The notes beneath the pieces were generated by a model that made no database searches, was not told the origin of the DNA, and saw nothing but the letters and a program-made list of their open reading frames with translations. A stretch of DNA of 64,000 bases from positions 13,137 through 77,136 of the forward strand of contig JAZUKB010000008.1 in assembly GCA_045643085.1 (NCBI GenBank). Direction: 5' to 3'. Source of the stretch: Candidatus Cryptobacteroides sp. Lineage in GTDB: Bacteria; Bacteroidota; Bacteroidia; Bacteroidales; UBA932. The translations under genes were made by a program, and so were the position numbers. Numbering within the stretch: position 1 is the stretch's first letter; each line of letters starts with the position of its first letter. Below are positions 40,133 through 49,526 of the stretch, one piece after another.

Positions 40133-42142
40133 TTAGAACTCGAATGATTCCGGCGAGTAGTCCAGCTCTCTGCCCGGCTCTTCGAACTTCATCCTCGCAT
40201 TCTCCTCGCGTACGTCATCGACGGAATAGGTGATGGTCCAGATGTCGGATGCCAGCATCTCTTCAATCCTTTCGGTGGTCATAGGCTCGGCATACCTGAT
40301 CTGGATTGACGGAACCAGTTCGGAATTGAGTCTCAGATATGTCCCGATGACCCCTTCCTGTGAGGAAAGATAGTTGCTCAGATAAGGAAGGGCTCTCTTG
40401 ATGATAGGTTTCTCATAGTTCTGGTCCGAGAGCTCGTAAACCTTCTGCGGCTTGCCTTCGTACACTTCCACGCGTTTGCGGATGACTGTGCTGTCGCCCT
40501 CCTCATATCTTCCGTTGTATTCTGCGGTGAATTCGTCCAGCATATTGTGGAGATACGTGCTGATGTCAATAGTGCCGACGCTCTTCTCCAACCTGACAAA
40601 TTCAAAATCCACAGGGGTCGATTTGACTCCGCCGCCGTGTACCGGCATATCCAGGGACTTCTTTTCCGTAATTTCCCTCCACCAATCTTCAGAGAACTCC
40701 TCGTTTGGAGATACATATACCTTGACGATCAGAGGACAGTCATATTCGGATTCGACACCGAATATGCTCCTTCCGGTGTTACGCAGCTGAAGACCGAAAT
40801 AATTCAGGTCCAGCTTGTCATACATATTCTCCGTGCGGATGGTGATTATCTTGAGCTCGCTGAGCTGGTTCGGATCAGGACTCCATACTCTGAAATGGGA
40901 AGGGGTGAATACCTCTTCTCGTATCTTCTCTTCACTCGTGGCCTTCGGGTCGTATGTGATGATGACGGTATGGCTGCCTACATATGTCTTGACTCCGTGT
41001 ACTCCTCTCACGTTCTCCATCCTTGCCTTGAATGCCATCGAACTGCCGTAACACTTGACTGATTTGAGATTCTCGATTTTTACGGTCTCCGTCTGCATCT
41101 CTTCTGTCAGTCCCCAGGTCTCGTTGATGGTAGGAAGTTCCCATTTCCTGCCGATGATGATGGCTGCGGCAAGAAGCACTACTATGATTATCGCAGGCAG
41201 GAACCGGCACCCCTTGCTCTTGCTGCAGGAGGCTATCCGGAGCGCATTTGTAGGACAGGCTGCAACGCACTCCCCGCAAAGCGTGCAGTCAACGGAAGTG
41301 ATTCTGCCGTCGAATGCTGGTGCGTCTATGTTGTAAGGACATTTCTTCTGGCAACTGTGGCAGGTTTTGCCGCACTTTTCGTCATCTCTGATCACATAGA
41401 GAAGCTGTGTTTGCGGATTGCTGTGAAAGATTTCCAGCAGGTAGCCGAGCAGACAGGCCGCAAACAGGACTGCAGGCCAGTGGATATGTACTCCAATCAG
41501 GCTCAGCACCCAGTAAGCCAGGCCCAGGATCAGAAACCACATCCAGAACTTCAAGGAGTTGGATGCCGCTCCGAGAGGGCAGATATACCGGCACCAGAAC
41601 CGCTTTATGAAAAATCCTCCTATCAGGACAAGGCCTACCGTGACGATGGCCATCCACAGGGTTATCTCTCCCTTGAATCCCGTTGCTGCGGCATAATATG
41701 GGTCGAAGTTCTTGCAGAACAGCTCGCTGGCGGTTGCCGTAGTATAGAAAAGGACGAATAGAAGTGCGTATTTGACAATGCGGAGAAGTTTGTCCGCAAT
41801 GGATCCGGCTTTGATCTCCGCTCCTTTGACGTGCAGTTTGCAGCGCAGTTTGATCAGCAGGTCCTCCACCGTGCCGATCGGGCAGATGAATGCGCAGAAC
41901 AGCTTGCTGAACAGGATGACCGCCGCTGCCAGGGCGAAGCCCATCAATATCTGAAGCGTTGTCATACTGCACGGAAGCGAACCGTTCACTATGTATGTTA
42001 CAAATGCCTGCAGACCACCCATAGGGCAATATTTCTCAGGGTCAGTCCCCATCAGGGCAATCATCACGATGATTGCAATCAGTACGCCCCATTGCAGGAC
42101 GAATTTCGGCCAGTTGCGGCAGATGTCGTTGTTCTTTCTCAT
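40133..42142 (-). CDS. Membrane 4Fe-4S protein (NapH/FixG/NosR-like) with C-terminal HMA-like repeats
   Basis: Two CxxxCP motifs (CAFICP, CRYICP), two ferredoxin motifs, multiple TMs, and three beta-alpha-beta repeats starting VKIENLKSVKCYGSS. Confidence 0.8.
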   Translation of the reverse strand: MRKNNDICRNWPKFVLQWGVLIAIIVMIALMGTDPEKYCPMGGLQAFVTYIVNGSLPCSMTTLQILMGFALAAAVILFSKLFCAFICPIGTVEDLLIKLRCKLHVKGAEIKAGSIADKLLRIVKYALLFVLFYTTATASELFCKNFDPYYAAATGFKGEITLWMAIVTVGLVLIGGFFIKRFWCRYICPLGAASNSLKFWMWFLILGLAYWVLSLIGVHIHWPAVLFAACLLGYLLEIFHSNPQTQLLYVIRDDEKCGKTCHSCQKKCPYNIDAPAFDGRITSVDCTLCGECVAACPTNALRIASCSKSKGCRFLPAIIIVVLLAAAIIIGRKWELPTINETWGLTEEMQTETVKIENLKSVKCYGSSMAFKARMENVRGVHGVKTYVGSHTVIITYDPKATSEEKIREEVFTPSHFRVWSPDPNQLSELKIITIRTENMYDKLDLNYFGLQLRNTGRSIFGVESEYDCPLIVKVYVSPNEEFSEDWWREITEKKSLDMPVHGGGVKSTPVDFEFVRLEKSVGTIDISTYLHNMLDEFTAEYNGRYEEGDSTVIRKRVEVYEGKPQKVYELSDQNYEKPIIKRALPYLSNYLSSQEGVIGTYLRLNSELVPSIQIRYAEPMTTERIEEMLASDIWTITYSVDDVREENARMKFEEPGRELDYSPESFEF

Positions 42143-42152
42143 ATCTTCTGTA

Positions 42153-44141
42153 TTATCTGTTTATTTCATCGATTACCCGGGACATCCCGGCATACTCCTT
42201 CAAGGTCCAGAGGACAAACCTGATATCTACGCATACGCAACGGTTGTATTTGTCTGTGAATGCCTTGTCTGAAGCCAGAGACTCTTTGTTCCCGTCGAAA
42301 GCCAGACCGATCAGCTCCCCGTCGGCATTCAGGACCGGACTTCCGGAATTGCCTCCGGTGATGTCGTTGTCCGTTATGAAGTTGACCGGAAGGGGATCCG
42401 TCTGTGAGGCAAGCATCCTTTTCCATTCGGGAATAAGGTGGAATTCGTATGACGTGCTGTCCTCTTTTGCAAGAATCTCGTCACTGAACGTCTGCCAAGG
42501 CATTGCGCGCCCGTCTCTCCGGAAAGATCGTACCCTTCCGTAAGTGAGTCTCATCGTGGAGTTGGCATCAGGATATTGGGTCAGACCGTGTGAGTGCCTG
42601 CTTCTGTACATCGCGTGGGTGTACTCCTTGCCGAGTGTGCTGACAGTCGTTTCTCCCTCAAGTTTATCGGAAACGGAATTGAAATCCCGGATAGACACGT
42701 CATTGAAGAACCGGCAGAGATTGCAGTCCAAAGTGATGATCCCGTCGGTCCACAGGTAGTCCATAATTGCATCATAATCAGTACCCAGCGAGTCTTTCAG
42801 ATGCTTTTGGAAAGGTCCCCAGTACGAACTGTCGACATTCTCGAAATATGTCTCCATACTGTACCGGAACAGGTCCTTCTCCACTCTGAGATCGATTGCG
42901 GCGTATTCCTTGACAGGGTCGGCGGCCCTGTTGTTCTTCATCCGTGACGCTATGGTAGCTAGCTGTGTGCCGCGGACGAGCGTCTCCCTATAATAGATGG
43001 TGTTTCTCCGCGCATCGCTGATTGCATCATATTTACAGTCCAGCTCCGAGAGAAGTCCCTTATATGCCCCGAGAAGTTTTTTCTCTTCGCGGCGCTTGTG
43101 CCTGGCCACACCGTATCTCCCGTAACATAGCACTTCCCCTTCGTTGAGCTCCTGCACGTTGCTCAGGGAAAAATACCGGTCGGAATACTTGAGCCTGATT
43201 TCCGGATCCTCGTTCATCCAGCGGTTGATTATTGCCATCTGGTCGGCGCGGACCTTGTTCGAAACCGGCAGACTGACGTTCTGTTCGAACGCAATCTTTG
43301 CCGAAGATGCATACCGGTCCGTGCTTCCCGGATAGCCCAATATCATAGCGTAGTCTCCGGGTGCGTATCCCTGGGTGCTGATATGCAGCCTGCGTTTCGG
43401 AGAAAGAGGAACGTTGTGCCCGGAATATTCAGCCGGGTTGCCGTTCTCGTCGGCATAGATACGGTATAGCGCGAAGTCGCATTTCTGCTGCGGCCATTCC
43501 CAGTTGTCTATGTCCCCTCCGAATGCGGCGATGCTCACGGGCGGGGCTGCAACCAGTCGTATGTCCTTGTATGTCCTGTACAGGGCCAGATAATATCTCT
43601 CGCCGGCCCACATAGACGAAAGGGAAGCTTCCAGCCCGGTTTCAGCACTGTACTTCTTCTCAATCAGATAGCTTATCCTGCGCATTCCGTAACCCTTTCC
43701 GGCAGCCTTCTCTTCCTCGATTGTCGCGTTGACTTCATCGGTTACATCAAGTATCTTTTCCAGGAACTGTACGCTCTTGCCCGGGATATGCAATTCTTCT
43801 TCCGGGGTTTTTGCCCAGAATCCGTCCTCCAGATAGTTGTGCTCGTTGGTGCTCAGGGCGTGAACGTCTCCGTAGGCGCAGTGATGGTTCGTTATCAGCA
43901 GGCCCTGGTCGGAAATTATGCTTCCGGTACAGGCGAAATCAAGGGACACGATTGCGTCACTCAAGCTGACTGCATCCTCGTTGTAGATCTCACCGCTGTC
44001 CATCCGGAGCCCGCGTGTCTCCATCTGCCTTGCAAGTGACTTGGAAATGGCATTGACCATCCACATTCCTTCATCTGCCCGGACCGGCATCGGGAGGATG
44101 GCCAGTAAAATGGTGATTGATACTGAATACCTTAGTTTCAT
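42153..44141 (-). CDS. S46 family dipeptidyl peptidase
   Basis: ADEGMW, TNHHC, DNWEWP, GYPGST, PDANSTMRLTYG, DITGGNSGSP; signal peptide. Confidence 0.93.
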   Translation of the reverse strand: MKLRYSVSITILLAILPMPVRADEGMWMVNAISKSLARQMETRGLRMDSGEIYNEDAVSLSDAIVSLDFACTGSIISDQGLLITNHHCAYGDVHALSTNEHNYLEDGFWAKTPEEELHIPGKSVQFLEKILDVTDEVNATIEEEKAAGKGYGMRRISYLIEKKYSAETGLEASLSSMWAGERYYLALYRTYKDIRLVAAPPVSIAAFGGDIDNWEWPQQKCDFALYRIYADENGNPAEYSGHNVPLSPKRRLHISTQGYAPGDYAMILGYPGSTDRYASSAKIAFEQNVSLPVSNKVRADQMAIINRWMNEDPEIRLKYSDRYFSLSNVQELNEGEVLCYGRYGVARHKRREEKKLLGAYKGLLSELDCKYDAISDARRNTIYYRETLVRGTQLATIASRMKNNRAADPVKEYAAIDLRVEKDLFRYSMETYFENVDSSYWGPFQKHLKDSLGTDYDAIMDYLWTDGIITLDCNLCRFFNDVSIRDFNSVSDKLEGETTVSTLGKEYTHAMYRSRHSHGLTQYPDANSTMRLTYGRVRSFRRDGRAMPWQTFSDEILAKEDSTSYEFHLIPEWKRMLASQTDPLPVNFITDNDITGGNSGSPVLNADGELIGLAFDGNKESLASDKAFTDKYNRCVCVDIRFVLWTLKEYAGMSRVIDEINR

Positions 44142-44232
44142 AGCACAAAAATAATAATTTTATTTTTCAGAAAAATTACGATATTTGCGTATAATGCATT
44201 AGTTTTTGAATCTGATAATAATTTTGATTGAT

Positions 44233-45570
44233 ATGAAAAAATTACTTTTAGCCGTTGCGGCTATTGTGCTCGTGTCGTGTACCGCTGCACAGATTGAAGT
44301 GGAGAAAAATTATGTGAATGCCGAATTTGAAGGAGGCTCCTATACAGTGAACGTCCAGGCCAATGCTGCTTGGAACGTGGTCTCCGACGGCAAGATCGCA
44401 GGTCTCACCATTTCACCTTCAACCGGGTCCGGGAACGGGTCTTTCACTGTGAATGTCCCCGCCAACAATACAAAGGAGGAGAGACAGAGTACCCTCGACA
44501 TCAAGTGTGACAACGGATCATCGTATGCAACGACCCAGGTGATTGTCTTTCAGGATGCATTCTTTGCGTCCATTGACATAAACAAGACATCGATGATCAA
44601 ATCCAACGCCGGCGTATATCTCAAGCAGACTGTGACTTCCAATTTCCCTTGGACCGTGACAGTGACTCCTTCCGAGGGCGTGGAATTGAGCAGGACATCA
44701 GCTCCTAAGGGAGAGAACGAGATCGAGATTATCTTCCCTGCAAATCAGACCAGTGAGGATATCGATTACAAGGTTGTCTACAAGACAAATTGCGGTATTC
44801 CTGAGCTGGATGCGGAAAAGACTGTCGAGGTGACTGTCGAGGCCATCAAGTCGATTGTTTATGCAGGCGAGGAATATGACATCGCCTGGATGAAGGACGG
44901 CAGATGCTGGATGACCGAGAATCTCCGATATGTTCCGGAGGGGAAGGAAGCGTCAGCTAATCCGGCGGACAAGAGTGGTGTCTGGTATCCATATAACTCG
45001 GATGGTACCAATGTGGATGCCTTGACCGACAAGGAATCCGTAAGGAAATACGGCTTGCTTTATTCAGTAGAAACAGCGTTCGGAATTGACGGACTGACTC
45101 CGGAGAATGTCCACGATTTTGAAGGGATACGTGGTATCTGCCCGGAAGGCTGGCATATTCCTACGAGGGCTGAATATATTGCTCTTTGCGGCTATTCCAA
45201 CAAGAATGAAAGCGAGTCCGCTCCTGTTACGGACGAAACCGCTATATTCTATGACAGTGAATACAAGTCAGGAAAAATCACGACATTCAATGAAGGAGGA
45301 TGGAACTTCAGCCTTGTCGGCAGTAACAATAACGGTAAGTATCTGGCAAACGTGATCAAGAGCGACAACTGCGATGTTGAGGAGTTTCTGGGACGTCCGG
45401 CCCTCACATACTATTTCTCGTCAACAGGATATATGGGCAGTTCTGCTACTGCCAAGCCGCAGGTCTTTGCGATGATGTCCACATTCAGCAAAAACTATAT
45501 GAAAGGTAGAGCAACCGTGGCATATTGCAACTCAAATATCGGCGGATCCGTTCGCTGCGTAAAGGACTAA
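44233..45570 (+). CDS. Lipoprotein with BACON-like repeats and FISUMP (Fib_succ_major) domain
   Basis: Lipobox LVSC; WMTENLRY, YGLLY, GICPEGWHIPT..E, GGSVRCVKD. Confidence 0.85.
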   Translation: MKKLLLAVAAIVLVSCTAAQIEVEKNYVNAEFEGGSYTVNVQANAAWNVVSDGKIAGLTISPSTGSGNGSFTVNVPANNTKEERQSTLDIKCDNGSSYATTQVIVFQDAFFASIDINKTSMIKSNAGVYLKQTVTSNFPWTVTVTPSEGVELSRTSAPKGENEIEIIFPANQTSEDIDYKVVYKTNCGIPELDAEKTVEVTVEAIKSIVYAGEEYDIAWMKDGRCWMTENLRYVPEGKEASANPADKSGVWYPYNSDGTNVDALTDKESVRKYGLLYSVETAFGIDGLTPENVHDFEGIRGICPEGWHIPTRAEYIALCGYSNKNESESAPVTDETAIFYDSEYKSGKITTFNEGGWNFSLVGSNNNGKYLANVIKSDNCDVEEFLGRPALTYYFSSTGYMGSSATAKPQVFAMMSTFSKNYMKGRATVAYCNSNIGGSVRCVKD

Positions 45571-45577
45571 AAATACA

Positions 45578-48325
45578 TTGAGGAAACTAATCCTCATATT
45601 GGTTTCATTATTGGTCGGGGTGGCAGCGTTTGCGGCTCCGACCAAGTTTTCGCTGTCCGGTACTGTTCTTGACAATGGCACCGGTGAACCGCTTTCTGGA
45701 GTCGTGTTGAGCCTCGGGGAAGATTACCTGTGGGCCGTGACCGATGCAGATGGACGGTTTGTGATAAGCGGAGCGGACAAGGGAAGCTATATCTTGAAGT
45801 GCTCGTACCTCGGATATGTGGAGAACCAGAGTGAGGTCGTCGTGGATAGGAACGTTTCCGGACTCGAGATCAGGCTGCAGGAGAGTTCCCTTGCCCTCAG
45901 TGAGGCTGTCGTTACGGCAAAGCGGACGGACGGTATCAGTACTTCGCACACGCTGGGACGTGATGCGCTGAATCATCTTCAGATGTCCAATATGGCCGAT
46001 ATGTCGGCACTGCTCCCTGGAGGAAAGACCATAAATCCCGACCTGACCAATGCACAGTCCATTTCATTGCGCTCCGGAGGGATTTCCGCCGGCAATGCGG
46101 CTTTCGGTACCGCCGTCGAGGTTGATGGCGTGCGTCTTGGAAACAATGCCGGATTCGGTGAACCTTCAGGAATCGACACGAGGAGCATCAGCGTCGACAA
46201 TGTGGAAAGTATCGAGGTAATCACGGGCGTCCCTTCTGCGGAATACGGAGATCTCAACAGCGGTATGGTCAAGGTGCATACCAGGAAGGGAAGAACGCCT
46301 TTGAACGTCGTGTTTTCGGTCAATCCGCGCACCTATCAGGCTTCCGTCTCCAAAGGCTTCGACCTAGGTAGGGACAGGGGTGTAGTGAACCTCAGCGGAG
46401 AGTGGGCTCGCGCGACTAGGAAACTTTCTTCCCCTTATGAATCCTACACCAGAAGGGGAATCACCGCAGGATATTCCAACACTTTTGCGAAAGTGCTCAG
46501 ATTCGAGGCCGGAATTACCGGCAATCTGGGAGGGATGAATACAGTGGATGATCCGGATGCTTTTTCGGGAGCATATTCCAAGGCCAATGACAATGTGATT
46601 CGAGCAAATACGTCCCTGACCTGGCAGCTGAACAGATCCTGGATCACGAACATCAGATTCGAGGCATCCGTCAACTACAACGATAACCTCACCCACGAAC
46701 ACTCTTACAAGTCATTCTCCACCCAATTGCCTGCCGTACATAGTACTTATGAGGGTTATTATCTTGCGGACAGGCTCCCGGAGAAATATTATGCCGACAG
46801 GATTGTCGATTCGAAGGAACTTGATGCGGCTGCGTCCTTGAGATACACCTGGGCCAGACGCTGGAATGATATCAAGAGCAATCTCAAGGCGGGTGTACAA
46901 TGGAAGGCAAGCGGAAATCTGGGGCAGGGGGAGTATTATCTCGACAACGCCCTTGCTGCTGACGGATACCGACCGAGGCCATATAAGGATTATCCTTTTA
47001 TGCACAATCTGTCCGTCTATGCCGAGGAGGCATTGTCATTTCCGCTCGGAGAGACTACGTTTGAGATGACGGCCGGATTGCGTCTGGAGAACGTGTTCAT
47101 ACGCGGGACACGTTACAAGAATATGAACACCCTTTCCCCACGTCTGAATGCGAGGTGGAAACTTTCGGAATATCTTTCAATCAGGGGCGGATGGGGCATC
47201 ACCGAGAAACTCCCTTCTTTCTATATCCTTTATCCTGAGCAGGAATATTTTGACAGACAGACTTTCAGCGTATCCCACGGGGATGGAGGTTCGTCCTATG
47301 TGTATTATACCCGTCCGTACAGCATCGAGTACAATCCGGACCTGCGCTGGCAGCGCAACTCCAATTCCGAAATAGGTATTGACTTCGAAAAGAACGACTG
47401 GCGGATATCACTTGTCGGATTCTATAATGTCACACAGATGCCGTACCGCATTTCCGCCCGTTACACACCGTTCACGTACAGCATATATTCTCTCCCGGAA
47501 GGATATGTCATTCCGTACAGTCCGGAGATAAGGGTGGACCATCAGAGCGGGGCCGTATACCTCAGGGGTGCGTCTTCCGAGGCTTGGCAGCCGATGTCGG
47601 TTAAGGTTACCGACCGGTCTTTTGTCCGTACCACGCGTCAGGAAAACGGTGCGGACGTATATCGGGCGGGAGCCGAGTTGACGGTCGAAACTCCGGAAGT
47701 GAGGACTGTCAGGACATCGTTCCGTTTGGATGCAAGCTACACCAGGACTACCAATATCGACTGTGCGGAATCCTATTATTACCAGAATGGATGGTCGCAT
47801 ACAAGTCTCCCGAACCGGTCATATCAGTTCGTGGGCATTTATGCCAATGGCACCGGTGGCAATTCTGTCACCTGCGGAAGGATTTCAAGCGGAATGAATG
47901 CCAATCTTACATCTATTACAAGAATCCCCGAGGCCAGACTGGTGATAACCTGCAGGCTGGAGATGTCACTGCTGACAAGATGGATAAACATTCCGGCCGG
48001 TACCAGAGAATGCCTGTATCCGACGGCGTATCTCGACCTGGATGGGAACAGGCATCCTTTCACCGAAAGAGAAGCCGGCGATCCCCAGTTCTCCCAGCTG
48101 ATATTGAGACCGGGGAACGATTATATGTTCGATCAGGACGGTTACGGTCCTTATATGTCAGCCAATCTCAGCATAACGAAGGAAATCGGGGACCACGTGA
48201 GCCTTTCGTTCTTCGCGAACAATTTCACCAATTCCCGCCCTACCGTATATTCGATGGCCACCGGTGTCGGCGCAATATTCACCCCGGATTTTTATTACGG
48301 ACTTACCTGCAGACTGAAATTCTAG
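45578..48325 (+). CDS. TonB-dependent receptor (carboxypeptidase-regulatory-like N-domain, plug, barrel)
   Basis: SYLGY, L.EAVVTA TonB box, IEVITGVPSAEYGDL.SG, terminal RLKF; TTG start. Confidence 0.92.
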   Translation: MRKLILILVSLLVGVAAFAAPTKFSLSGTVLDNGTGEPLSGVVLSLGEDYLWAVTDADGRFVISGADKGSYILKCSYLGYVENQSEVVVDRNVSGLEIRLQESSLALSEAVVTAKRTDGISTSHTLGRDALNHLQMSNMADMSALLPGGKTINPDLTNAQSISLRSGGISAGNAAFGTAVEVDGVRLGNNAGFGEPSGIDTRSISVDNVESIEVITGVPSAEYGDLNSGMVKVHTRKGRTPLNVVFSVNPRTYQASVSKGFDLGRDRGVVNLSGEWARATRKLSSPYESYTRRGITAGYSNTFAKVLRFEAGITGNLGGMNTVDDPDAFSGAYSKANDNVIRANTSLTWQLNRSWITNIRFEASVNYNDNLTHEHSYKSFSTQLPAVHSTYEGYYLADRLPEKYYADRIVDSKELDAAASLRYTWARRWNDIKSNLKAGVQWKASGNLGQGEYYLDNALAADGYRPRPYKDYPFMHNLSVYAEEALSFPLGETTFEMTAGLRLENVFIRGTRYKNMNTLSPRLNARWKLSEYLSIRGGWGITEKLPSFYILYPEQEYFDRQTFSVSHGDGGSSYVYYTRPYSIEYNPDLRWQRNSNSEIGIDFEKNDWRISLVGFYNVTQMPYRISARYTPFTYSIYSLPEGYVIPYSPEIRVDHQSGAVYLRGASSEAWQPMSVKVTDRSFVRTTRQENGADVYRAGAELTVETPEVRTVRTSFRLDASYTRTTNIDCAESYYYQNGWSHTSLPNRSYQFVGIYANGTGGNSVTCGRISSGMNANLTSITRIPEARLVITCRLEMSLLTRWINIPAGTRECLYPTAYLDLDGNRHPFTEREAGDPQFSQLILRPGNDYMFDQDGYGPYMSANLSITKEIGDHVSLSFFANNFTNSRPTVYSMATGVGAIFTPDFYYGLTCRLKF

Positions 48326-48326
48326 T

Positions 48327-49526
48327 ATGAAGAGATTCTATATCATATTCCTTCTGATTCTTTCCGTTGCAGGATGCACGCGGCTGGACCGTGTAAATCC
48401 GTACGACGAGGAACTGCACGCCTTCACGGTTCAGGCCATTTATCCGGCAGGATACGAGCCTGGTGCGCAGGGTATGGGAAAGATTACGGTCGAAGATATA
48501 AATCAGGGGTCGTCATACGTGTTGACGCCTGATTCCGGAGGACGGGCCGTATTCCTTGTGCCCGACGGATTGTACAGGATAAGCGTAAGCGATGTCGGCC
48601 CTGAATGTGTGTTCAACGGCTCCGTGGACAGGGTGCGGGTTACCGGTGACAGGATTCTTGAGGTAGAGATGATGGCATCCAGAACGGGAACGATAATTAT
48701 CAAGGAAATATATTGTGGAGGCTGTATGAAGTATCCCGAACAGGGGACATATCAGTCGGACCAGTATGTCATACTCCACAACAATCATCAAATGGTGCAG
48801 TACCTGGACGGGATTTGTTTCGGAACGTTGTCTCCGTACAATTCCAATTCAAACAATCCTTACGGTACTCTGCCGGAATTCGTCCCGATAATCCAGGCAG
48901 TATGGCAGTTCCCTGGTGACGGGGATGACTTCCCTCTCAACCCGGGGGAGGATGCGGTGCTCTGTCTGCGTGGAGCAGTCGATCACAGCGCCCAGTATCC
49001 GCTTTCCGTAAATCTAAACAAACCGGATTATTTCGTATGCTATAATCCTACATACTTCACCAACGTGACCTATCACCCCGTTCCCGGGAACAATATCTCC
49101 GGATCCAGGTGGCTTGAAGTCGTCATAAAGACGGGACAGGCAAATGCCTATACATATTCCATCAATTCCCCTGCGACTGTGATATTCAAGGCCCCGAAAG
49201 GTGTGTCTATGAGGGAATGGGTGCAGACGGAAGGGGCCGTAGAGCAACTGCCGGGCAGCAGTATCGACCGCGTGGTCAAGATAGACCCAACCTGGGTGAT
49301 GGATGCCGTGGAAGTCTTCAACGGAGCGTCTACATCCAATTCAAAACGTCTGCTGCCGACACTTGATGCCGGATATGTCACGCTTTCCGGGACATTCCTC
49401 GGGCACACGCTTCACAGATATGTGGACGAGGAACAGTCCGCGCAGAAAGGGTATGAAGTGCTGATGGACAGCAACAACTCGTCCGAGGACTTTTATGAAC
49501 GTGAAACACAGAGCTTGCATGAATAG
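48327..49526 (+). CDS. DUF4876-type lipoprotein
   Basis: Lipobox VAGC; IIKEIYCGG, DQYVILHNN, YLDG, DAVE, DAG, MDSNNSSEDF. Confidence 0.8.
   Translation: MKRFYIIFLLILSVAGCTRLDRVNPYDEELHAFTVQAIYPAGYEPGAQGMGKITVEDINQGSSYVLTPDSGGRAVFLVPDGLYRISVSDVGPECVFNGSVDRVRVTGDRILEVEMMASRTGTIIIKEIYCGGCMKYPEQGTYQSDQYVILHNNHQMVQYLDGICFGTLSPYNSNSNNPYGTLPEFVPIIQAVWQFPGDGDDFPLNPGEDAVLCLRGAVDHSAQYPLSVNLNKPDYFVCYNPTYFTNVTYHPVPGNNISGSRWLEVVIKTGQANAYTYSINSPATVIFKAPKGVSMREWVQTEGAVEQLPGSSIDRVVKIDPTWVMDAVEVFNGASTSNSKRLLPTLDAGYVTLSGTFLGHTLHRYVDEEQSAQKGYEVLMDSNNSSEDFYERETQSLHE

Noticed and set aside
44214-44232. GATAATAATTTTGATTGAT as a Fur box (and nearby TAATGCATTA palindrome at 44192-44201)
   Set aside because: Only 12/19 match to the E. 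coli consensus in AT-rich DNA; too weak to call.
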